Source of the DNA: an archaeon
GTDB lineage: Archaea; Methanobacteriota_B; Thermococci; Methanofastidiosales; NM3
Length of the DNA stretch: 64,000 bases
Direction of reading: 5' to 3'
Assembly: GCA_004212155.1 (NCBI GenBank)
Contig: RXIG01000001.1
Coordinates: forward strand, 1-64,000
Positions 9,541 through 18,724 of this stretch are shown here, piece after piece. The position numbers and the translations under genes were made by a program. Position 1 is the first letter of the stretch, and every line of letters starts with the position of its first letter. The notes beneath the pieces were generated by a model. That model did not search any database. It was given only the letters and a program-made list of their open reading frames with translations, and was not told where the DNA came from.

Positions 9541-9819
9541 TCATTGCCCTTTCGTTTTAAGCGAATAGAGGAAGAGGAAGCAGGCGAGGAGGAAAAGGGC
9601 GCTTCCAGCAGTTATCAGTGTATCGCCGCTACGCACTCCTGAGATCAAGAACAGCACTGCACAGAGCAAGAACAGCATCCAGCCCATCCCTTGGATCGTC
9701 TGTGACCTGGAATCCATGGTAGTTGTATGCATGCCACCGTTTAATGGTTTTCCTTGTCGAAAGGATGTCCCGATATTAACCAAATGTCGAAGCCAAAATA
9801 TATAAGTGAGCACGACCAT
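9541..9819 (-). CDS. Small 2-TM membrane protein
   Basis: GWMLFLLCAVLFLISG...GSALFLLACFLF; true start probably an internal Met. Confidence 0.65.
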   Translation of the reverse strand: MVVLTYIFWLRHLVNIGTSFRQGKPLNGGMHTTTMDSRSQTIQGMGWMLFLLCAVLFLISGVRSGDTLITAGSALFLLACFLFLYSLKTKGQ

Positions 9820-9889
9820 TTCATTCTTTGCAATGTTTTTGTCATGCTAACATTATCATGAGCGAGGGGATAATATCTATAGGGAACGG

Positions 9890-10555
9890 ATGAATCACGA
9901 TGGTCAACACATGCGTCACGTCGAATGCATCGATGATTGTGATTCATCTATGTTGCGTGCCCTCTTCCTGAACAACGGGATCGCCCTTGCGCTCTTCGAC
10001 AGGGACCTGCGGCTCATCGATGCCAATGCGGAGTTTGAAAACATCGTTAAATACGAACGTGGCGACTATATGTTCCATGCATGGAAGCGCATGCTCGATC
10101 CCTCGTCGATGGAAAAGGTGCAATCGTTTGCCAATATGCGTTTTAGGGACCCGCGCTCCGCCCCCAGCCAGTATGAACTGACTATCGTTGACGGCATGGG
10201 ACAACAAAAACACATCATCGTCAATGTTAGCTTCATTTCCAGCAGGGGCGCTTCGCTCGTTTCCATTACCGACATCACAGATATCAAACGAACGCAGGAA
10301 GACCTCAAAAATAGAAATGAGCTACTGAAGGAATTGCTCGAACGTCTCTATCATGATGCCCAAACACCTCTTGTGACGCTCTACTCATACTCGGATCTCC
10401 TGTGCGAGGCTGTCAAGCATGAAGAGAAGGACCAGGCCCACCTCTACCTCAAGGTCATCAAGGATGCATCGATATCACTGTCCGAGGTATTGCGCGACAT
10501 GGCGATCAAGGGCATACATCACCCTCCCCCGGTGACCAAGAAAGAGCGGAAATGA
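9890..10555 (+). CDS. PAS domain + HisKA-like dimerisation domain, no HATPase domain
   Basis: PAS (DANAEF...SITDITDIKR) followed by H-box HDAQTPLVTL; ends shortly after. Confidence 0.8.
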   Translation: MNHDGQHMRHVECIDDCDSSMLRALFLNNGIALALFDRDLRLIDANAEFENIVKYERGDYMFHAWKRMLDPSSMEKVQSFANMRFRDPRSAPSQYELTIVDGMGQQKHIIVNVSFISSRGASLVSITDITDIKRTQEDLKNRNELLKELLERLYHDAQTPLVTLYSYSDLLCEAVKHEEKDQAHLYLKVIKDASISLSEVLRDMAIKGIHHPPPVTKKERK

Positions 10556-10589
10556 TGCGTGCTGGACGTAGGCGACTTTTTATATATCC

Positions 10590-11165
10590 TTGATTCACAT
10601 TTACTATATGGACGATTCAGCTATCGCGACATTGAGGGAATCAGCTTCCCGGTGGGGAGCCACCTCCACAAGGGTCATACCGATAGAGGATGTATGCGTC
10701 GAGGATTGGGTGTTGCTCAAGTGCGAGTATGGGTGCAAGATGTATGGGAAGCGTTTCACATGCCCCCCCTATGCGCCGTCGCCTGACGAAACACGCAAGA
10801 CGTTATCGAACTACAAGAAGGCGCTTCTCCTCGAGTTCAAGGACCTCACTGACAGGGCCCAGTGGCGTGAGATTCAGATAGCAATGTACGAACTGGAACG
10901 TGAAGCGTTTCTCCTGGGATTCTATCGGGCGTTTGCATACACTTGCGGTGCGTGCAAGCTCTGTGAGGACTGTCCATCCGATGACATTGGGGTGCCCACA
11001 CGCTTTGACAAGAGAAAATGCAAGAACAGGCGCCGCGCTCGCCCTTCGATGGAGGCATGTGGCATCGACGTGTTCCAGACGGCCAGGAACGGGGGGTATG
11101 AGATGCGTGTTGTGCATGATGAGAACGGTTGCTTCGACAGTTTCTGTCTTTTGCTCTTGGAATAA
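10590..11165 (+). CDS. DUF2284 family Cys-rich predicted metal-binding protein
   Basis: KCEYGC, TCPP, CGACKLCEDC, RPSMEACGIDV. Confidence 0.88.
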   Translation: MIHIYYMDDSAIATLRESASRWGATSTRVIPIEDVCVEDWVLLKCEYGCKMYGKRFTCPPYAPSPDETRKTLSNYKKALLLEFKDLTDRAQWREIQIAMYELEREAFLLGFYRAFAYTCGACKLCEDCPSDDIGVPTRFDKRKCKNRRRARPSMEACGIDVFQTARNGGYEMRVVHDENGCFDSFCLLLLE

Positions 11166-11294
11166 TGAGAACGCTGCATCGTACCCTTGAAACGCGCTTT
11201 GACCATGGACTGTCGGCGCACAATCCAACGCTATTATAGAGCGCAGATGGCACTTTATGGGTATTGTGATACCTAAAAATCACAATATTTTTAT

Positions 11295-12371
11295 ATGATT
11301 CAACTCTATTGCATTCATGGTGATACAATAAAGCGAAATACTAGTGTTACTCTGTTGGTATTCATGCTCCTGTGTTCGCTTGGGTCTTTCGGACTCATCG
11401 GGGCCCAGGTCATGGAAAGCAATGATGGCGGAGGCTTTGGATACAAGGGCAACGGCATGATGGGCGTCGGAGTTTTAGGAGAAGAAGGAGACGGCGAGGA
11501 AGGCGCAACTGAAAGTGAAGCATCAGCGACCCTAGATGAGGCCCAGTCGCTCCTTGCAGCTTACCTTGAGCAGCATCCTGATGCATCGAGTGAGGCGCTC
11601 ACGAATGTTCAGGCGCTTATCGAGGAAGCCATCACCGCATACGATGAAGGCGACTACGAAACCGCCTTGAGCAAGGCTGAAGAAGCCATTGGCATCCTCG
11701 AGGGCATGATCGAGGAAGCAGGTGAGGAAGAAGCTCTCAAAGAAGCCGCAGCCGAGGCCATAGAACAGGCCGAAGACCTCCTGGCAGGGTTACTCGAGGC
11801 CCAGGAAGAAGGCGAAGAGGACAATAGCGAACTCATAGCGTCAGCCGAGACGCTCATAGAGGAAGCCATCACCGCATACGATGAAGGCGACTACGAGACC
11901 GCCTTGAGCAAGGCTAATGAATCTATCACGCTTATGGGCGGGGAGCCAGTCACCCCAGGCACTGAAGATGATACCGCGGTGATCATGGAAAAGGCCGAGC
12001 AGGCACTCGCCGATGCAGAAGCTGCCGTCTCGGCATTGCAGGAAGCATATGTCGAAGGGTCTCATCCGGCCGTTTCGACTCTCATGGACCTTGCCATTAG
12101 TAAGCTCGAGAGCGCCCAAGCGGCATTCGAGAATGGAGATTATGGGCATGCCAAGGGCCAGGCCACTGCGGCCGCATCGATAGCAGAGAATGCCTTGAGA
12201 AAGCTTGAGCAATCATCCGAAGAGGGTGAAGGGGAGCTTGCTGGCGAAGGAGGCGGCAAGCCAGAGGATGCTGGGCCCCCAGAGGATGCTGGGCCCCCAG
12301 AGGATGCTGGGCCTCCCGAGCATGCTGGACCTCCAGAGAACCCCGGCAATGGGAAAGGAAAGGGCAACTAA
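11295..12371 (+). CDS. Secreted, highly acidic helical-repeat protein with Pro/Gly-rich tail
   Basis: Signal-peptide-like KRNTSVTLLVFMLL; Glu/Ala-rich helical repeats; PEDAGP repeats; start ambiguous. Confidence 0.8.
   Translation: MIQLYCIHGDTIKRNTSVTLLVFMLLCSLGSFGLIGAQVMESNDGGGFGYKGNGMMGVGVLGEEGDGEEGATESEASATLDEAQSLLAAYLEQHPDASSEALTNVQALIEEAITAYDEGDYETALSKAEEAIGILEGMIEEAGEEEALKEAAAEAIEQAEDLLAGLLEAQEEGEEDNSELIASAETLIEEAITAYDEGDYETALSKANESITLMGGEPVTPGTEDDTAVIMEKAEQALADAEAAVSALQEAYVEGSHPAVSTLMDLAISKLESAQAAFENGDYGHAKGQATAAASIAENALRKLEQSSEEGEGELAGEGGGKPEDAGPPEDAGPPEDAGPPEHAGPPENPGNGKGKGN
11622..11915 (+). repeat. 57-bp direct repeat (11622-11678 and 11859-11915) encoding EEAITAYDEGDYETALSKA
   Basis: Two copies differing by one synonymous base (GAA/GAG). 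Confidence 0.9.
12261..12332 (+). repeat. 18-bp tandem repeat x4 (CCAGAGGATGCTGGGCCC), encoding PEDAGP
   Basis: Two exact and two degenerate copies. Confidence 0.9.
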
Positions 12372-12442
12372 TCCCCTTTCTTCACATTTTTCCCCATTCA
12401 TATTCTAGATAATTATTAATACGTCATGATTTACTTTATCTC

Positions 12443-12661
12443 GTGATATCTTTCGTTCGTGGCCTTGTTGCAGGCCTGTTAGCATTTATCATCTTTTTAC
12501 GCATTACGCAGTGGTATTACGATGCTGAGGCCCCATTCGATTTCTTTATCTTGTTCAACTTCGTACTCCCCCTGACCATCGGTGCAGCGACAGGGGTGTT
12601 CTCTTGGCACCATAGACGCCACTCGAAGAAAAGCAAACCTATATTAGTGTGCGATGCATAG
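12443..12661 (+). CDS. Small 2-TM membrane protein
   Basis: Two hydrophobic helices and a basic tail; GTG start. Confidence 0.55.
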   Translation: MISFVRGLVAGLLAFIIFLRITQWYYDAEAPFDFFILFNFVLPLTIGAATGVFSWHHRRHSKKSKPILVCDA

Positions 12662-12698
12662 AATCATCACATACCCATAACGCTTCTGGAGGGATGAA

Positions 12699-13709
12699 AT
12701 GAAATTGTCATATCTCGTGCGGCGCGGCTTCGCACTGCTCATCTTGGCGCTCATACTCTGTACTCTTGTCCCCGTTGTTTCTGCAGACAAGACGTTTGAT
12801 TATCCCATCTACGATGACCTGCTGGTCTCCGATGAGACCATCGTGATCAACGAGTCCGTCTACGGCGACGTGGTCGCGACCGGTGGCTCGGTGACCATCA
12901 ATGGGGACGTCATGGGCGATGTCCTCGTCTTCTCCGGGAGACTCAACGTCAACGGAACAGTGGCTGGCAAGGTGATCGCCATCGGGGGCGACATCACCAT
13001 CCGTGGAAATGTGCGCAAGGTGTATGTCATCGGCGGCACCGTTGAACTCGAGACATCCGCGCACGTGGACACCGATGCCTACATCATCGGAGGGGCGGTG
13101 ACGAACCACGGGGTGATAATCGACAAGTTATCCGTGATCGCTGGCTCGTTGGAGAACAACGGCCGTGTCGGCAGGGTGGAGGAGAAGGAGTTCAGTTGGC
13201 CCGATACTGGCATCCCCGGCTTTATCAAGAACGTGGCGCGGCTGTTCCATGTGCTCTTTGTCATAGGTCTCTTCATCGTTGGCCTCTTCCTTTTCACGAC
13301 GTTTGGGGACAAGTTCACCGCCATCGAGCGGGAGGTGCGCACATCGCCCATCATCAACACGATCGTGGGATTCGTCCTCATCATCGCCACAGCGATCCTC
13401 TGCACCCTTCTCATGGTGACCATCATCGGCATACCGCTCGGTCTGCTCATAGGACTTCTGGCGTTCATCGCCCTCTTGATCTCGACGCTTTTCGTGTCAC
13501 TTGCGCTCGGCCGGACGATAGCCACGACGTTCAAGCTCGAGGCGCGCGACCTCGTGCTCTTCATCGTTGGCTTCGTTATCCTCAACGTGCTCTTCGTCGT
13601 GCCCTATCTTGGCTTCGTTGTCCGCATCGTGGCGGTGTCGCTCGGATTCGGCGCGCTCTTCATGACCGTCAGGGCGCATTGGGACGATATCAAACAGTGC
13701 GCTTCATAG
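12699..13709 (+). CDS. Polymer-forming (bactofilin-like beta-helix) domain membrane protein
   Basis: Signal peptide, repeats of GDVxxxGGxVTINGxV, then several TM helices; GGAGG SD. Confidence 0.85.
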   Translation: MKLSYLVRRGFALLILALILCTLVPVVSADKTFDYPIYDDLLVSDETIVINESVYGDVVATGGSVTINGDVMGDVLVFSGRLNVNGTVAGKVIAIGGDITIRGNVRKVYVIGGTVELETSAHVDTDAYIIGGAVTNHGVIIDKLSVIAGSLENNGRVGRVEEKEFSWPDTGIPGFIKNVARLFHVLFVIGLFIVGLFLFTTFGDKFTAIEREVRTSPIINTIVGFVLIIATAILCTLLMVTIIGIPLGLLIGLLAFIALLISTLFVSLALGRTIATTFKLEARDLVLFIVGFVILNVLFVVPYLGFVVRIVAVSLGFGALFMTVRAHWDDIKQCAS

Positions 13710-13724
13710 CGCACCTCTCCTTTT

Positions 13725-14975
13725 TTACGGCGGCAGGCTCGCATACCTTCGCTTCTCAAGCGCATAGAGTGCGAACATGAGCCCTGCGCCAGCCATACCT
13801 ATCGCGAACATCAGGGGCCAGACAAGGCTGAGCGAATAGGCCTCGATGTAAAATCCTATGAACATGGGGCTGGCGCTAACTCCCATCGTCATGACAGTCC
13901 CTATGAACGCATTGAAGCGCCCCCTGTGCGACATGGGCGTATGGTTCGCTATGTAGACGCCGGAGTTCGTTGCGTTGAGTATCTCTCCCAGCGTCCATAT
14001 CACCGTCGACACGATAAAGTATGTAAACGACGTGGCAATGAATAGTATCCCGTAGCCCACCGCAAACAGCACGCCGGAGAGGGATATGTTGAGGATGGGC
14101 CGCAATGAACGTGTGAGGCGCGTGAGGAACACGGTCATGATGACGACGACGAGGCCGTTGACCGACATGACGATCCCAAACAGCTGAGGGCCCTTCGCCA
14201 TGCCGAAGACATCCTTGAGCTGCAGGGGCAGCGCGAAGTTATTCTGATTGAGAACGAAGATGAGCAGCATGTTGATGAATGTGAACGCCACGAGGAAAGG
14301 GCGTTTTCTCATGATCGAGACGAACGAGCCGACCTCGGGCCTCTCCTCGTGAGGCACATACGTCCCGCAGCTGTCCTCGTCGAGCTTGGGGTATGTCTCG
14401 GGAACGAATCGGTAGATGAGAAAGACCGATATGAACGTGGTGAACGCGTCGCCAAGGAAGATCCACTCGATATAGTTGTTGTAGAGGAATCCGGCGATGA
14501 GAGGACCTAGCGAGAATCCTATGTTTATGCCAAGGTAGATAAGCGAGAACGCCTCCTTGCGATTTTCCCGTGTCGTGAGGTCGGCTATCATGCACTGGCT
14601 GGCGGGATTTCCCACCCCGTTGGAAAACGACGATGCGATGAGCAGCGCCGGTATCACCATGGAGTTGCCAAGGAACGCGCACGGAACGTAGCATGCGGCG
14701 GCGAGCGTGCGTGCGGAAAGGAGCGTCCATCTCCTTCCGATCCTGTCGGAGAGCCAACCGCCGCCGATCGTGCCCGGCATGTTGACTACGATTGCCAGCG
14801 TGACGATGATGCCGGCCTGAGCATCGCTGATGCCGAGATTGCTTGTCAGGAAGATGGCAAGAAACGGCCGTACGAACGCCCCGGTGGTGTTGACGATGCG
14901 TGAGAAGAAGAGGATGTATATGCTTCGAGGCAACCCTCTGTACATCATGAACGGTTCGGTGAGGCGTTCAAGCAT
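13725..14975 (-). CDS. MFS transporter
   Basis: GWLSDRIGRR motif A; 12-TM pattern; NIGFSLGP. Confidence 0.92.
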   Translation of the reverse strand: MLERLTEPFMMYRGLPRSIYILFFSRIVNTTGAFVRPFLAIFLTSNLGISDAQAGIIVTLAIVVNMPGTIGGGWLSDRIGRRWTLLSARTLAAACYVPCAFLGNSMVIPALLIASSFSNGVGNPASQCMIADLTTRENRKEAFSLIYLGINIGFSLGPLIAGFLYNNYIEWIFLGDAFTTFISVFLIYRFVPETYPKLDEDSCGTYVPHEERPEVGSFVSIMRKRPFLVAFTFINMLLIFVLNQNNFALPLQLKDVFGMAKGPQLFGIVMSVNGLVVVIMTVFLTRLTRSLRPILNISLSGVLFAVGYGILFIATSFTYFIVSTVIWTLGEILNATNSGVYIANHTPMSHRGRFNAFIGTVMTMGVSASPMFIGFYIEAYSLSLVWPLMFAIGMAGAGLMFALYALEKRRYASLPP

Positions 14976-15029
14976 CTTTGATGCTCGACGCCCCTCCTTT
15001 TAAAATATATGCCCTTCGCTCGGGCACAC

Positions 15030-16457
15030 CTACGTTTTCTTGTTTTCCGTCCTTTCGTTTTCCCTGTGCGTGCGGTACTCGAGCACGAGATAGAAGAGGA
15101 TGCCCATGAAAAGGGCCCACGTGGCGCCGCGCGTCGCGAGGATGCCCCCCATCATGCCGGATATGCCCCGCTCGATGTTCGAGGTGACGATCTCCATGGC
15201 CAGGTAAGTGCACAGATAGCCCTGTATCGCCATGGTAAGCCCGAATCCGATGGGAAGCGCCGGTTGCACGACGAGAACGAGCGGATAGAGAAACATGATG
15301 AATCCCATGCCCCAGAAGAAACTTGTCGCTCCCCCCCAGAACGAGTATTCCTCCTTTGGCGTCGAGTTCTTGTACCTGCTCACGACGATGGCCTGCGCCC
15401 CCGTCCACAGAGGTCCGGCAAGCGGGAGGAACGGATAGAAAAGCGTCGTGAGATTCCTCACGCCACAGATGAAGTTCTCCCTGTTGGGATCGATCTTTAC
15501 AAGCTCATCCTTTCGCGCTTCGTTGGCCTCGTCGATGAGCGCCTGATTGATGAGGATGTCGCCGAAGGAGAGGATGTATGCGACGATGGCTGTACTGATG
15601 GCACCGGCAAACATCGCGGCAGAAGGCCATCCGATGGAGAAGGGCGAGAGCGCCTCGTAGGTGGCGCCGACCTTGGGAATGAACACCCATCCATGTTCCA
15701 GCACGCCCGAGGGGATCGTTATCTCGCCCAATGCGAGACCGACGATGTAGCCGATGATGAACGTTGGCGCAATGCCGTACTTGGCCACCCATGCGTAGAG
15801 GCTGTGCTCCCTGCGGTAGGCAAGCGAACGCGGAGACCAGAGGATGAAAAAGGAGAGCACGACGGCGATCAAAAACGATATCGAGATCGGCCCTATTCCA
15901 AGGCCAGGCGACCACTTGGCGACGCCGTTCTGGATGCCGCTTGCAGAGTCCTCCCAGACCCTCACGATGGCGGCGATGCCCGCACCGAGCAGTATGCCCG
16001 ACTTGATGGCGGGAGGCACGAGTGAGACGAGGCGCTTCGCCCCGCCGGAGAACGCCATGATGAAGAAGATGGCGGCAACGATGAGCTGCAGTGCTATCAT
16101 GGCCTGTATCGCGCCCGCCTTGCTCGTCTCTGTGGCATATCCGAGGATGAACGTCATGTAGATAGGGATGCCAGCGGTGATCCACCCGGCGACGCTTGGG
16201 TCGCCAAACGCCGTGTGAAGCATTGCAAGGAAATGATAGATGATGACCATGCTCAGCGCGATCTCGTATTCGATGCCGAACGCGGACTGCAGCGCCGCGA
16301 TGATGCTTAGCGGCACCACACACAGTATGATGCCTTGCGCGAAGTCCGGCCACTCGAGGGGATAATGTATGAAGGGGAGACGAAGCCTGAGCGGCCCGCC
16401 CCAGTACGGTTGCTCCGATTCACCTGGTTCACGTTCCTTACCGATATACCATCTCAC
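15030..16457 (-). CDS. Xanthine/uracil/vitamin C permease-like (NCS2-related) transporter
   Basis: Multi-TM; VPPAIKSGILLGAGI, AYILSFGD; GTG start after AGGTGA. Confidence 0.7.
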   Translation of the reverse strand: MRWYIGKEREPGESEQPYWGGPLRLRLPFIHYPLEWPDFAQGIILCVVPLSIIAALQSAFGIEYEIALSMVIIYHFLAMLHTAFGDPSVAGWITAGIPIYMTFILGYATETSKAGAIQAMIALQLIVAAIFFIMAFSGGAKRLVSLVPPAIKSGILLGAGIAAIVRVWEDSASGIQNGVAKWSPGLGIGPISISFLIAVVLSFFILWSPRSLAYRREHSLYAWVAKYGIAPTFIIGYIVGLALGEITIPSGVLEHGWVFIPKVGATYEALSPFSIGWPSAAMFAGAISTAIVAYILSFGDILINQALIDEANEARKDELVKIDPNRENFICGVRNLTTLFYPFLPLAGPLWTGAQAIVVSRYKNSTPKEEYSFWGGATSFFWGMGFIMFLYPLVLVVQPALPIGFGLTMAIQGYLCTYLAMEIVTSNIERGISGMMGGILATRGATWALFMGILFYLVLEYRTHRENERTENKKT

Positions 16458-16593
16458 TGGATCACCTGGTTAATATCCTGATACGGAATAAAATCTGTAC
16501 TATGAAGAATATTGTTCATTTATAAACATTCGCCTACTGTAGAAGTATATATGTCGTATCGTCGAAGATATATGCACACGGACGCATCATTCC

Positions 16594-17127
16594 TCATTCA
16601 ATAAGGCGCATGAACTCTTCCCTCGGCTCCTGGCGCCTGAACGCTCCGGATATGGCCGACGTGACCATCTCGGGACTCTGGGTCTTGACGCCGCGCATCT
16701 CCATGCAGAGATGCCTGGCCTTGACGACGACCATGACGTCCTCGGTGTAGAGCGCATCGGTGAGGCCGTTGAGGATCTGCTGTGTCATGTTCTCCTGGAG
16801 CTGCGGCTGTGAGGCATATTTGATGACGAGGCGCGCAAGCTTTGATATGCCGCATATCTTGGTCTGTGGGATGTATCCAACCGCCACCCTGCCAAAGAAG
16901 GGGAGGAGGTGGTGTGAGCACATCGAATAGAAGTTTGGCACCTTGAGAACGACCATCTGGTCGTAATGCTCGCTGTTTTCAAAGACGGTAAAGGAGTAGT
17001 CCCTGTTGCGTTCCCACTCCTCCCAGAATCGTTCGATGCGCTTGGGCGTGTTCTCTATTTCCTCATCGTTGAAGAATCCGTATCGCCTCTGCAGCGCTTT
17101 CATATATTCGCGTATCATCTCTTCCAT
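16594..17127 (-). CDS. folE: GTP cyclohydrolase I (type IA)
   Basis: TPKR, SMCSHHLLPFFG, GISKLAR, QLQE, HLCMEMRGV. Confidence 0.95.
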   Translation of the reverse strand: MEEMIREYMKALQRRYGFFNDEEIENTPKRIERFWEEWERNRDYSFTVFENSEHYDQMVVLKVPNFYSMCSHHLLPFFGRVAVGYIPQTKICGISKLARLVIKYASQPQLQENMTQQILNGLTDALYTEDVMVVVKARHLCMEMRGVKTQSPEMVTSAISGAFRRQEPREEFMRLIE

Positions 17128-17783
17128 TGTCGTTCACCAGGGTCGTTTAATCCTGCGTTTCGAAACGCCCCCTTCCTCTCGCGGCACGTGCCGCACCTTC
17201 CACACGGCGCGTCATGCCCCTTGTAGCAGCTCCACGTATGCTCGAACGGGACGCCGAGTGCGTGCCCGCGCATCACGATGTCAGTCTTCGACCATGTCAT
17301 GAAGGGCGCCAGGAGCTCGACCTGATTATAGGTGCCGGAGCGTGCCGCCGTGCCAAGGGCTTCGATGAACTCGGGACGGCAGTCGGGGTACACGGCCCGA
17401 TCATTGCGGTGCGCACCGTAGTAGACGCGCTTTAGGCCCCGGTCCTCGGCGACGCCAACGGCGTATGAGAGGAGGATCATGTTCCTGTTCGGCACGACCG
17501 TGCTCTTCTGGTTCTCGATCGAGTAGTCGCCCTCGGGGATATCCTCGCCCCCGTGCAACAGGGAGCTTGACGAGAAGATCGTGTCGAGGGGCACCGTGAG
17601 CACCACGTGCGGGATGCCAAGCTCCTTGGCGCTCAAGCGCGCCATCGCTATCTCCCTGCCGTGCTTCTGGCCGTAGTCAAACGTCAGCGCGAGCGGGAAG
17701 CGGCCCTCGTCGACCAGATGGTAGAGGAGTACGGTGCTATCGAGCCCGCCGCTGAGTATCATCACGCAGTCCTCGTTCATCAT
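17115..17783 (-). CDS. queC: 7-cyano-7-deazaguanine synthase
   Basis: SGGLDS, YGQKH, VPNRN, YPDCR, TWSCY...CGRCGTC; start at ATG overlapping queE stop. Confidence 0.95.
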   Translation of the reverse strand: MMNEDCVMILSGGLDSTVLLYHLVDEGRFPLALTFDYGQKHGREIAMARLSAKELGIPHVVLTVPLDTIFSSSSLLHGGEDIPEGDYSIENQKSTVVPNRNMILLSYAVGVAEDRGLKRVYYGAHRNDRAVYPDCRPEFIEALGTAARSGTYNQVELLAPFMTWSKTDIVMRGHALGVPFEHTWSCYKGHDAPCGRCGTCRERKGAFRNAGLNDPGERQWKR

Positions 17784-18376
17784 ACGCCCCTCCTGTCGTC
17801 GAAGACGAGCACATGGAGTCGTGGCGACAGGGCATAGCCGCGCGCCACGCATGCAGACCAGAGGGGAGCAAGGAGTCGTGTCGCCTCGTCCTTGGTGGTG
17901 CACATAGGTTGGATATAGACGCGTTCCCTGGCAATCCCCGTCCTTAAGACATAGCGGTCGACCTCTTCAAGATCCCCCTTTCCACCCACGACGAACTTGT
18001 AGCAGTCCGCCAGCGGGGGCATGCCTGCAAGGGACTTTGGTGAGACGGTCACGTGGTCGAAGAGGCCTGAAGGCACGGGGATCGTGCCGTTGGTCTCCAC
18101 CGTATGCCGGTATCCTCTGACGGACGCGACTACGTCCTCGATGGCCGAGCGCTGCAGCAGCGGTTCTCCGCCCGTCCAGCATACCCATGATAGGTGCGAG
18201 GAGCGTATGCGCATTGCGACGTCCTCTGCGCTCATCTCACGTCCTTCGTCGCGCGCATAGGGCGTGTCGCACCATTCGCAGGACAGGTTGCATCCAGCAA
18301 GTCGTATGAAGAGCATGGGGCGCCCCATGAGCGCGCCCTCGCCTTGAATGCTCTCGAATATCTCAGTGACCCTCAC
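17780..18376 (-). CDS. queE: 7-carboxy-7-deazaguanine synthase (radical SAM)
   Basis: EIFESIQGEG, CNLSCEWCDT, TGGEP, ETNG, VSPK, PRLH. Confidence 0.95.
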   Translation of the reverse strand: MRVTEIFESIQGEGALMGRPMLFIRLAGCNLSCEWCDTPYARDEGREMSAEDVAMRIRSSHLSWVCWTGGEPLLQRSAIEDVVASVRGYRHTVETNGTIPVPSGLFDHVTVSPKSLAGMPPLADCYKFVVGGKGDLEEVDRYVLRTGIARERVYIQPMCTTKDEATRLLAPLWSACVARGYALSPRLHVLVFDDRRGV

Positions 18377-18719
18377 GGACCCACCTTACCTCTGCGTAGC
18401 TGTCGCGGTCCTCCCAGACGCGTACGGTAAGCTCGGTCACGTTGGGCACTCGCAACGATTCGTTGATGGCGCCGGCCATCTGTTCTGCGGTCGGCTGCTC
18501 AAGCATATCGTTGAGGAATGCATGGTCATAGCGCGATACCGAGCGTTTGATCTCTGCGTAATCGATAATCATCCCCGTTTCGTCGAGCTCTCCCGTTGCC
18601 CAGATCTCGATGAGGTAGTTATGGCCGTGCAGGTCCGTGCATTTCGAAGGATATGGGAGCTCGAGCCTGTGTGCGGCCGACACCTCTCCCCTCCAGTAGA
18701 TGCGTCGTGAGATCATCAT
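18363..18719 (-). CDS. queD: 6-carboxy-5,6,7,8-tetrahydropterin synthase
   Basis: AAHRL, CxxLHGHNY, DHAFLN, PTAE, VWE; AGGTGA SD overlapping the polB stop. Confidence 0.93.
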   Translation of the reverse strand: MMISRRIYWRGEVSAAHRLELPYPSKCTDLHGHNYLIEIWATGELDETGMIIDYAEIKRSVSRYDHAFLNDMLEQPTAEQMAGAINESLRVPNVTELTVRVWEDRDSYAEVRWVREGH

Positions 18720-18724
18720 ATCAC

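Noticed and set aside
12261-12332. Possible CRISPR array
   Set aside because: Contiguous 18-bp in-frame coding repeats with no spacers and no cas genes
15009-16025. 338-aa plus-strand ORF
   Set aside because: Antisense shadow of the permease; expected in GC-rich coding DNA
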